Of a stretch of DNA of 50,365 bases, positions 1 through 7,621 are shown piece by piece. Numbering within the stretch: position 1 is the first letter of the stretch; each line of letters opens with the position of its first letter. The DNA is from an uncultured Planctomycetales bacterium (GTDB taxonomy: Bacteria > Omnitrophota > Gorgyraeia > Gygaellales > Profunditerraquicolaceae): NCBI GenBank assembly GCA_964487475.1, contig CAZAPM010000016.1, positions 1-50,365 of the forward strand, written 5' to 3'. The notes below the pieces were generated by a model that was not told the origin of the DNA, did not search any database, and saw only the letters and a program-made list of their open reading frames with translations. The position numbers and the translations under genes are program-made.

Positions 1-115
1 TGGACGGGCCGATGATACTCAGGATCTCGTGCGTATGGATCTGCAGCCCGACGCGATTCAGCGCCTGCTGCTGTCCGAACCACACCGATAAATCCCTGAC
101 GTCGAAGGTCACCAT
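1..115 (-). CDS. pstB: Phosphate ABC transporter ATP-binding protein, 5' fragment (runs off the window)
   Basis: Manual translation from ATG at 115 gives MVTFDVRDLSVWFGQQQALNRVGLQIHTHEILSIIGPS, an ABC ATPase N-terminus leading into the Walker A motif. Overlaps the pstA stop. Confidence 0.85.
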   Translation of the reverse strand, partial: MVTFDVRDLSVWFGQQQALNRVGLQIHTHEILSIIGPS

Positions 116-957
116 TTTTTCTTTTTCCTGAACTTGTACCGGATCACGATCGCCACCAGATTCATGAACAGAACGATCGTCAGCAGTACCAGCGCGGTCC
201 CGTAGCGCACCTTCTCATCCACGTTCGGCACCTGGGTCGAGATCACATACAGGTGATACGGCAGCGCCATGGCCTGATCGAAGACGGATGCCGGCAGTTG
301 CGGCAGATAGAACGCCGCCACGGTAAAAAGGATCGGCGCGGTCTCTCCCGCCGCTCTTCCGATGCCGAGTATGGTCCCGGTCAGGATCCCGGGAATGGCA
401 TTGGGAAGCACGATGTGCCGGATGGTCTGCCACTTGCTCGCCCCCAGGGAAAGGCTGGTCTCCCGGAAATGATAGGGTACGTTCTCCAGCGCCTCGCGGG
501 AAGCGGTAATGATCAGGGGCAGGATCATGATCCCGAGGGTAAGCGACCCGGCCAGGATAGATGCCCCGAACTTGCAGAAGACCACGAAAAGCGCCAGGCC
601 GAAAAGCCCGTACACCACGGACGGAACGCCGGCCAGGTTGACGATGGATAATTTGACCAGACGGGTCAAAAAGTTATCCCTGGCGTATTCGCTCAGGTAA
701 ATAGCCGCCAAAAGCCCGATGGGCAACGCGAACAGGATCGCTCCGGAAACCAGATACAGCGTTCCCACGATCGCGGGAAAGATCCCCCCCGCCCGCATCC
801 CCTGCCTGGGAACATCGGTCAGGAACTGCCAACTCAATCCCGGGATGCCTTTCTGCAGGATGATCACGACGATCATTCCCACCGGGACCACCACCAGCAA
901 CGTGGCCAGGAACAGCAGGAAGAACGCGATCTTCTGGGTACGCAAAGGATTCCTCAT
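109..957 (-). CDS. pstA: Phosphate ABC transporter permease PstA
   Basis: GGIFPAIVGT, AIYLSEYA, LAGVPSVVYGLFG and GRAAGETAPI motifs; pst operon context. Confidence 0.95.
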   Translation of the reverse strand: MRNPLRTQKIAFFLLFLATLLVVVPVGMIVVIILQKGIPGLSWQFLTDVPRQGMRAGGIFPAIVGTLYLVSGAILFALPIGLLAAIYLSEYARDNFLTRLVKLSIVNLAGVPSVVYGLFGLALFVVFCKFGASILAGSLTLGIMILPLIITASREALENVPYHFRETSLSLGASKWQTIRHIVLPNAIPGILTGTILGIGRAAGETAPILFTVAAFYLPQLPASVFDQAMALPYHLYVISTQVPNVDEKVRYGTALVLLTIVLFMNLVAIVIRYKFRKKKKW

Positions 958-1829
958 GTCCGCTTCCTGTGCAGGAACAGGTCCGCAGTCACGTTAATGG
1001 CGAAACTGATGACGAAAAGCACGATCCCCACCGCAAAGAGTGCGAAATAATGCTCGCTGCCGACCACCGCTTCCCCCATCTCCGCGGCGATCGTCGCGGT
1101 CAAGGTGCGCACCGGCTGGAGGATCGTATGCGGCATGACCGCGGAATTCCCGGTGATCATCATCACCGCCATGGTCTCTCCCACCACCCGTCCGATCCCC
1201 AGCATCACCGCGGCCAGTATCCCGGATGAAGCTGCCGGAAGAAGGACCCGGTAGATCACCTGCCAATGGGTGGCTCCCAGCGCCAGCGCCCCTTCCTTGT
1301 AGGTCTTAGGCACGGAATAAAGCGCATCCTCCGCGATCGATACAATGGTAGGCATGGCCATGAACGCCAGAATGACCGATCCGGAAAGCGCAGTCAGCCC
1401 GGTGGGAAGATGGAACATGCTCTTGATGAACGGCACAAGCGTCACCATGCCGATGAACCCGAGCACCACGCTGGGGATCGCAGCGAGAAGCTCGATCCCG
1501 GATTTAAGGATCTCCTTGGACCGCGGAGGGGCGATCTCAGCGATGTATACCGCACACGCCACACCGATAGGCACCGAGATGATCGCGGCGCCGAGGGTCA
1601 CCAGAAGGGACCCCAGGATGAGCGGAAGGATCCCCAGCTGCGCCGGCTCCGAGATGGGATACCATTTATCCCCCCCTAAAAACGCGGAAGGGCTGACGGT
1701 CCTGAACACCGCCAACCCTTCCTTGAGCAGGAACAGCACGATAAGGAACACAAAAAGGATCGACGCCAGCCCGCAGGCGACGATCAGTTTCTCTATTACG
1801 AACTCCTTGGCCTTGCGCAAAGGAATCAT
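954..1829 (-). CDS. pstC: Phosphate ABC transporter permease PstC
   Basis: ELLAAIPSVVLG, EGALALGATHWQ, GRVVGETMAV and TLTATIAAEMGE motifs; ATGA overlap with pstA. Confidence 0.95.
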   Translation of the reverse strand: MIPLRKAKEFVIEKLIVACGLASILFVFLIVLFLLKEGLAVFRTVSPSAFLGGDKWYPISEPAQLGILPLILGSLLVTLGAAIISVPIGVACAVYIAEIAPPRSKEILKSGIELLAAIPSVVLGFIGMVTLVPFIKSMFHLPTGLTALSGSVILAFMAMPTIVSIAEDALYSVPKTYKEGALALGATHWQVIYRVLLPAASSGILAAVMLGIGRVVGETMAVMMITGNSAVMPHTILQPVRTLTATIAAEMGEAVVGSEHYFALFAVGIVLFVISFAINVTADLFLHRKRT

Positions 1830-1833
1830 GGCT

Positions 1834-2697
1834 TCATTTTACCGGGACAAAATCCGTGGCGCGCACCACTTCCTGGCCTTCCGGGCTCAGCGTATACTCG
1901 ACGAACTGCTTGACCATTCCCTCAGGCTCCCCGTTGGTGATCAGATAAAGCGGACGGGATATCGGATAGCTCCCCTTGATCACGTTATCGATCGTCGGCT
2001 CCACATACGCGGAAGACGCGCTTCCGGCCACCGAGACCGCTTTCTGCTTCGGCGAGATATACCCCATCCCGTAATACCCGATGGCGTTGACATTCTGCGC
2101 CACCTCGTCCGCGATCGCCTGGGAGGAGGACAACATCAACGCCGCCGGCGCGAACTCCTCTTTGGAGGAAGGATCGCTCTTGCGCAGCACATGCTCCTTG
2201 AAATACACGTGCGTGCCGGAATTGACCTCCCGGGAGAGCACCACGATAGGAGTGCTGGTACCCCCGACATCCTTCCAATTGGTGATCTTGCCGCTGAAGA
2301 TCGCCGCCAGCTGATCGACGGTAAGCTTGGAGACGGGATTACGCGGATGCACCACCACCGCCAGCCCGTCCAATGCGACCTTGATCTCCTTAGGCTCGAC
2401 CCCTTTTTGCCTGGCCAGCGCGATCTCTTTTTCCTTTATCTCCCGGGAACTCATGGCGATGGAACAGGTGCCGCTGATAAGGCTGGAGATCCCCGTGCCG
2501 GAACCTCCGCCGGTGACCGCCACAAATTCCGTCTGCTGCGATTCCATATATTTTTCCGCCCAAGCCTGGGCGAGGTTGACCATGGTATCCGAACCCTTCA
2601 CCTGAAGGGATCCGCCGCCTTTGCGGGGAGCCGCGTACGCCAGAGAAAAGCACGCACACGCCAGAACAACGACCGCCATCACTCTGCGCATATCCAT
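1834..2697 (-). CDS. pstS: Phosphate-binding protein PstS (start may be ATG at 2691)
   Basis: Signal peptide; KGSDTM, GGGSGTGI, SREVNSGT and YPISRPLY motifs; AGGAGGAG Shine-Dalgarno at 2701-2708. Confidence 0.95.
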   Translation of the reverse strand: MDMRRVMAVVVLACACFSLAYAAPRKGGGSLQVKGSDTMVNLAQAWAEKYMESQQTEFVAVTGGGSGTGISSLISGTCSIAMSSREIKEKEIALARQKGVEPKEIKVALDGLAVVVHPRNPVSKLTVDQLAAIFSGKITNWKDVGGTSTPIVVLSREVNSGTHVYFKEHVLRKSDPSSKEEFAPAALMLSSSQAIADEVAQNVNAIGYYGMGYISPKQKAVSVAGSASSAYVEPTIDNVIKGSYPISRPLYLITNGEPEGMVKQFVEYTLSPEGQEVVRATDFVPVK

Positions 2698-2724
2698 ATC
2701 CTCCTCCTTTTACGTAATGACATA

Positions 2725-2778
2725 ATCATACTGGAAAACCGTTATTTCCATATTAAGCGCATGTTAAATCTGTGTAAA
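2725..2778 (-). promoter_or_regulatory. Pho box (four hexamers at 11-bp period) plus -10 element of the pstS promoter
   Basis: Minus strand reads TTTACA (2778-2773), TTAACA (2767-2762), TTAATA (2756-2751), ATAACG (2745-2740), then TATGAT (2730-2725). Matches the TT(A/T/C)ACA 11-bp repeat pattern of PhoP boxes. Confidence 0.8.
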
Positions 2779-2817
2779 GTCTTATACCACGAGGTGAGGA
2801 TACGGTTGGAACGGGTA

Positions 2818-4572
2818 TTACCGGGGAAGGGTGAACCAGAAACAGGAGCCGGAGCCCTCGACGCTCTCGACCCCTGCCGTGCCGCCGTGCAGGGTGATGA
2901 TATGCTTGACGATGGAAAGCCCCAGGCCAGTGCCGCCAAGCTCGCGGGAGCGGGCCTTGTCGACGCGGTAGAAACGCTCGAAGATACGGGGAATGTCCTT
3001 TGCCGGGATGCCCATCCCGGTGTCGCACACCGACACCTTGCAGGAACCGGCGCCCGCCTCGGCCTGGAGGGAAACCGAACCCCCTTCCGGCGTGAACTTC
3101 AGGGCATTGTCTATCAGGTTGGTGAAAACCTCCTCGAGCCGCTCCCGGTCCGCCGAGACTACCATCTCCGGGGGGATATGATTGCGCACTTCGATGCGTT
3201 TCTTCTTTGACATCGCGGTAAAGCCGCTTACCACCTTCTCCGCGACCCCGCGCACCGGGAATACCGCGCGCTCCAGGGTCACGTACGCCGATTCCAGGCT
3301 CGAAAGGGTAAGCAGATCCTCCACCAGCCGGTTCAGCCTTTCCGCGTGATCCTCGATGATACGCAGGAATTCGCGGTTATGCGCCTTATCTTCGAGCGCT
3401 CCCTCAAGCAGCGTTTCAACGAAACCTTTGATGGAAGTAAGGGGCGTCTTCAGCTCATGGGACACGTTAGCCACGAAATCCTTGCGCATCGTCTCTAACC
3501 GCCGCATCTCGGTGACGTCATGGAATACCGCCACGCACCCTTGCCCCGGCACCGCGGAAACGCTGATCTGGAACACCTTCTGGATCGGCCACTCCACGGA
3601 AAGCTCTTGGGTCAGCGTGCCTCCTTCGCGCAGCACCCGCTGGATAAGCTCGTGAATACTGTTGCTGCGGATCACTTCCAGGGCGTACTTGCCGCACGCC
3701 GCGTCCGAGGCCGCGCCAAAGAGCTTCTCCGCGGTCCGGTTCAGGGAAACCACCGCGCCGGAGGCATCCACCACCACGACCGCCTCGATCATGCTGTCGA
3801 AGATCGCCGAAAGATGCTGATGCTGAGCCTGGACCTGCCTGATCTTATCCTCGATATCCTGGGCCATCTTGTTCAACGCGGCTGCCAGCTCCCCCAGCTC
3901 ATCGCGGGAATCGTGATAGATCCTCCGGGAAAAATCCCCCTGCGAAAAACGGCGGGCTGCGGAGATGATCTTTCGGATGGGGTTGATGACGGCGCGGGAA
4001 AGGATCGACCCGGATACGAACGCCAGCACGATCCCGAACGCCAGGGCTATGAGGATCGCCGAGGTGGTCGCATCCAGCATCCTCTGCACGCTATGCAGCG
4101 GCAACGCCAGCCGTACGCTTCCCCTGGCCTCGCGCAGGGACAAAGGGACGGCCAGATACAGCATATCCGTACCCAGTGTCGTGGAAAAACGGATATCGCT
4201 TCCGGTCCTGCCAGCCAACGCTTCGCGCACCTCCGGCCGGGAAGCATGGTTATCCAGCGAAAGAACATCCTTGGGCAGCACCTCGGAATCCGCCAACACC
4301 CTGCCTGCAGGATCGATCACCGTGATCCGGGCGCCGCAGGCCCGGCCCAACTCTTGCACTAGAGGATACAGGGAAGGCTCGCCTCTTGCCGCGGCAACCA
4401 AGGAAGATATCTGCATCTGCGCCAAAGCCGCCTGGCTGCGCAAAGAGACTCTCACCTCTTCCAGGGTGTTCGTCCGCAACTTCTCTGCGAGAAATACCCC
4501 CACGAACCCCAGGGAGATCAGCACTACCAGAACGTACGAAAGGATGCTTCTTACGGAAAAACGGGAATGCAC
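2818..4572 (-). CDS. phoR: Phosphate-sensing histidine kinase (TM-sensor-TM-HAMP-PAS-HisKA-HATPase)
   Basis: DFVANVSHELKTPLTSIKG H-box, NLIDNALKF N-box, FERFYRVDKARSRELGGTGLGLSIVKH; GTG start. Confidence 0.93.
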   Translation of the reverse strand: MHSRFSVRSILSYVLVVLISLGFVGVFLAEKLRTNTLEEVRVSLRSQAALAQMQISSLVAAARGEPSLYPLVQELGRACGARITVIDPAGRVLADSEVLPKDVLSLDNHASRPEVREALAGRTGSDIRFSTTLGTDMLYLAVPLSLREARGSVRLALPLHSVQRMLDATTSAILIALAFGIVLAFVSGSILSRAVINPIRKIISAARRFSQGDFSRRIYHDSRDELGELAAALNKMAQDIEDKIRQVQAQHQHLSAIFDSMIEAVVVVDASGAVVSLNRTAEKLFGAASDAACGKYALEVIRSNSIHELIQRVLREGGTLTQELSVEWPIQKVFQISVSAVPGQGCVAVFHDVTEMRRLETMRKDFVANVSHELKTPLTSIKGFVETLLEGALEDKAHNREFLRIIEDHAERLNRLVEDLLTLSSLESAYVTLERAVFPVRGVAEKVVSGFTAMSKKKRIEVRNHIPPEMVVSADRERLEEVFTNLIDNALKFTPEGGSVSLQAEAGAGSCKVSVCDTGMGIPAKDIPRIFERFYRVDKARSRELGGTGLGLSIVKHIITLHGGTAGVESVEGSGSCFWFTLPR

Positions 4573-4581
4573 GTATACCCC

Positions 4582-5253
4582 TTATTTTGACTTGATCGCC
4601 AGGATCTTCACGAAATCCGCGGCGTCCTCGATCTTATCGGTAACCCCTTCGAGGTACTCCGCCAGCTCATAGGAAAGCAGCAGGCTGGTCGGCTCGAGCT
4701 TGGCATGGATGATCGACTCGATCAGGAGCTTCTTCTGATCGTCCGCCTCATGCTCGATACGGGCGACTTCTTCGCACAGCACCAGGGCTTTCTTCAGGTC
4801 GTTCGCCGCCAGCGCGGAGATCCCGTCCTTAAGCTTGGAGATGGACAGCACGATCATCTCCGTGGCTGCGGCGATGTTCTTCAGGACGCTGTCGGGAAGC
4901 CTGTGCTCGATAAAACCCATGATGCGCGCGGAGCCGTTGGTCCAGTCCGCGATCTTATCCAGGGTCTTGACGAACCGCAGCAGATCCTCCCGGTCCGGAG
5001 GCATGAGCAATCCCTCGGAAAGAGAGGTCACCATCTTGGAGCGCAGCACATCCGCCGCATGTTCGCTCATCCGCACGTTCTCGATCGCCACGGCCTTGGC
5101 GTTCAAGTCACCCTGGATGAACGCCTTCACCGCCTCGGCGAAAAACGCCACGGTCTTATACGTTTCTTCGACGTGCATCTTCGCGTCTTTCAGGATCTCC
5201 TGCTCCTCTGCCATGCCCAGCCATCCTAAGAAATTGCGCATTTCCCTCATCAC
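4582..5253 (-). CDS. DUF47 / PhoU-like phosphate transport regulator (TIGR00153-like)
   Basis: Duplicated EHxAD motifs (SEHAADV, IEHEADD), PPDREDLL and DKIEDAAD; adjacent to a PiT transporter, the usual partner. Confidence 0.88.
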   Translation of the reverse strand: MMREMRNFLGWLGMAEEQEILKDAKMHVEETYKTVAFFAEAVKAFIQGDLNAKAVAIENVRMSEHAADVLRSKMVTSLSEGLLMPPDREDLLRFVKTLDKIADWTNGSARIMGFIEHRLPDSVLKNIAAATEMIVLSISKLKDGISALAANDLKKALVLCEEVARIEHEADDQKKLLIESIIHAKLEPTSLLLSYELAEYLEGVTDKIEDAADFVKILAIKSK

Positions 5254-5264
5254 GATCCTCCTCG

Positions 5265-6242
5265 TTAATGTTTGAACGTAAGCACCAGCTTAAACACCAG
5301 AAAGCTGACCAGTCCCGACACGAAGGGAGTCGCCAGCCAGCAGATCACTATCTCCCTCATGATCCTCAGATTCAACACTCTGACCCCGCGCACCAACCCC
5401 ACTCCGAAGATCGCGCCTACGATCGAGTGGCTGGTCGAAACAGGCACGCCCAGTACGGTATATAAATGCACGTTCAGCGCGCTCGCCAGCTGGGCGCAAA
5501 ATGCCATCAGGGGCATCAGGTGCGTGATCCCCGAACCGACGGTCTGAATGACCTTATACCCCCAGGTAAGGATCCCCAGCACGATCGCCAGGCCTCCGAA
5601 GACCACGCACATGCCCGGAGACATCACCCCGGCCCCGGCGATCACCCCGGTGGCATTGGCCACGTCATTGGCGCCCCAGGTGAACGCCACGTAACAGCCG
5701 CTGGCGATGATCAGGAACGAAAGCACCGGCCGCAGGTACTTCCTCGGCACGATGCGGTAAAATATGTTTTTCAACACCCGAAAGAGCACGTAGCCGAGCA
5801 CCGCCGATCCCAGCGGGGTAAAGATCCAGCAGATGAAGATATCCCCCAACACCTTCCATTTCACCGGCGCGCCGATAGCAAGCCCCGCCCCGGCCACCGC
5901 CCCCACGATCGAATGGCTGGTGGAGATAGGCATCTTCCAGTACGTCGCCAGCACCACCCAGATGCAGGCCGCAAAGATCGCCACCTGCGCCAGCACGATG
6001 GCCATCGTAGGACTGAGCAGGTCCAACGGCACGATATTCTTGCCGATGGTCTTGACCACGAAACCGCCCTGAAAATACGCTCCCAGGAAACCGAACACCG
6101 CGATACAGATGATCGCCTGGCCCAGAGTCAGCACCTTGGACCCGACCGCCGTCCCCAGGGAATTCGCCGCATCATTGGCGCCGATCGACCAGCCGATAGC
6201 CGCGCCCATCAACAAAACTCCCAATATCATCAGCTCGATCAT
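5265..6242 (-). CDS. pit: PiT family inorganic phosphate transporter
   Basis: Two signatures, GANDAANS and GANDVANA, plus PISTSHSIVG and PVSTSHSIVG; polytopic hydrophobic protein. Confidence 0.93.
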   Translation of the reverse strand: MIELMILGVLLMGAAIGWSIGANDAANSLGTAVGSKVLTLGQAIICIAVFGFLGAYFQGGFVVKTIGKNIVPLDLLSPTMAIVLAQVAIFAACIWVVLATYWKMPISTSHSIVGAVAGAGLAIGAPVKWKVLGDIFICWIFTPLGSAVLGYVLFRVLKNIFYRIVPRKYLRPVLSFLIIASGCYVAFTWGANDVANATGVIAGAGVMSPGMCVVFGGLAIVLGILTWGYKVIQTVGSGITHLMPLMAFCAQLASALNVHLYTVLGVPVSTSHSIVGAIFGVGLVRGVRVLNLRIMREIVICWLATPFVSGLVSFLVFKLVLTFKH

Positions 6243-6251
6243 AGTAACCCT

Positions 6252-6935
6252 CTACCAGTCGAAACGATACCCGATGTTCTTCACGGTAAGAATCCTTTTC
6301 CCTTCCTCTTTAAGCTTACGGCGCAGGCCGTTGATATGCACGTCCACGGTGCGGGTCTGGATCTCGACGGCATTGTCATACCCCCAGATAGAGTCGAGCA
6401 GATGATCGCGGGAAAGCGCGCGGCCCTTGGCGTTGATGAGCGTCCGCAGCAGCTCGAACTCCTTAGAGGTCAGCTCCACCGGCTTACCCTTGACCGCAAC
6501 GGTGTATTTCCCGGTATCCACCGCCAGCCCGCCGATCCTTATCACCGAGGAGGATTCCTGCGGATGGGTCCGGCGCAATACCGCCTTGATCCTGGCCAGA
6601 AGCTCCCGGGGCGAGAACGGCTTGGTCATGTAATCATCCGCTCCCAGCTCCAGCCCCACCACCTTATCCGCCTCCCGGGTCTTGGCGGTAAGCATGATGA
6701 CGGGTATGGCGGAGGTCGACGCATCGGATTTCAGGGCTTTGCACACTTCCAGGCCGTCGATACGCGGCAGCATCAGGTCCAACAGCACCAGATCGGGATG
6801 GTCCCGTCTTGCCTTTTCCAGGGCAGCTTCTCCGTCATGCGCTACCAGGCAGCGGTATCCTTCCTTGCCCAGGTTATACTCGAGCATGCGGACGATATCC
6901 TTTTCGTCATCGACGATCAAGATCTTCTCCTTCAT
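6252..6935 (-). CDS. phoB: OmpR-family phosphate regulon response regulator (PhoB/PhoP)
   Basis: ILIVDDE, LLDLMLP, MLTAK, GADDYMTKPFS and TRTVDVHI motifs. Start taken at ATG 6935 (GGAAGG-like SD upstream, ATGA overlap with the upstream gene). Confidence 0.9.
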   Translation of the reverse strand: MKEKILIVDDEKDIVRMLEYNLGKEGYRCLVAHDGEAALEKARRDHPDLVLLDLMLPRIDGLEVCKALKSDASTSAIPVIMLTAKTREADKVVGLELGADDYMTKPFSPRELLARIKAVLRRTHPQESSSVIRIGGLAVDTGKYTVAVKGKPVELTSKEFELLRTLINAKGRALSRDHLLDSIWGYDNAVEIQTRTVDVHINGLRRKLKEEGKRILTVKNIGYRFDW

Positions 6936-7621
6936 CTCGCCTTCCCCCGGCACGCCTTGATGCACACCCCGCAGATGTACTGCTCCGCCAGCCTCTGGCG
7001 GTGAAATTCCTTAAGCTGCTCGAAACACTGCACGTGGCCGAAATGCGCCGGGTCCTCGTGAATGGCATGCGCCGGGCATGCCTCGATGCAAGCGCGGCAT
7101 TCTCCGCACCCGCTTCCTGCGGGCGCATCGAAAGTAAGCGGCATATCGGTCAGCACGGTCAAAAGCCGCACCGCGCTTCCGAGTTTCTCGGTCACCAGCA
7201 GGTTATTGCGGCCGATCCATCCCAAGCCCGCCTCAAGGGCGATTTTCTTATGGGAAAGGTGGGCATTCTGCTTTTTCCAATCCAACACCTGGGAAGCAGG
7301 TATGGGGATGGCGCGGAATCCCTGCGCCTCCAGGAAAATCCCGATCTTAAGGCCCAGCTGGTCGAGGAACATATTGAGCGTGCGGTAGGTGCGGAAATAC
7401 AGTGGCGTGGGATTCTCTGTGACCTCCTCCATGGTGCTGGAAAGCACCCTGACCCCCAGGGAGATGGCCGCGGTGTAAGGTGCCAGAAGCTCCTTATCAA
7501 AGGCAAACTCATCTTTCAGGGTAGAGATATCCGCGACGCCGAAGAGCTCCGCCCCCTGAAGCAAGCTGTATTCTTTAAGCTTCCGGTAATTCTCCTGCGG
7601 GGAATGCTCCTGAGGTGTCAT
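6932..7621 (-). CDS. Epoxyqueuosine reductase (QueG)-like / reductive dehalogenase-like 4Fe-4S protein
   Basis: SHKKIALEAGLGWIGRNNLL, VLTDMPL, CGECRACIEACPAHAI and CGVCIKAC. Shorter than canonical QueG, so function is uncertain. Confidence 0.75.
   Translation of the reverse strand: MTPQEHSPQENYRKLKEYSLLQGAELFGVADISTLKDEFAFDKELLAPYTAAISLGVRVLSSTMEEVTENPTPLYFRTYRTLNMFLDQLGLKIGIFLEAQGFRAIPIPASQVLDWKKQNAHLSHKKIALEAGLGWIGRNNLLVTEKLGSAVRLLTVLTDMPLTFDAPAGSGCGECRACIEACPAHAIHEDPAHFGHVQCFEQLKEFHRQRLAEQYICGVCIKACRGKAR

Noticed and set aside
1345..3210. 621-aa + strand ORF (and similar ones at 5466-7004, 10191-11384, 13026-14186, 17930-19174)
   Set aside because: Antisense shadows of well-supported minus-strand genes, expected from GC-rich codon usage; no recognisable motifs.
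6936..6965. Upstream start for the response regulator
   Set aside because: Overlaps the Cys motif of the upstream gene; the receiver domain begins at MKEKILIV (6935).
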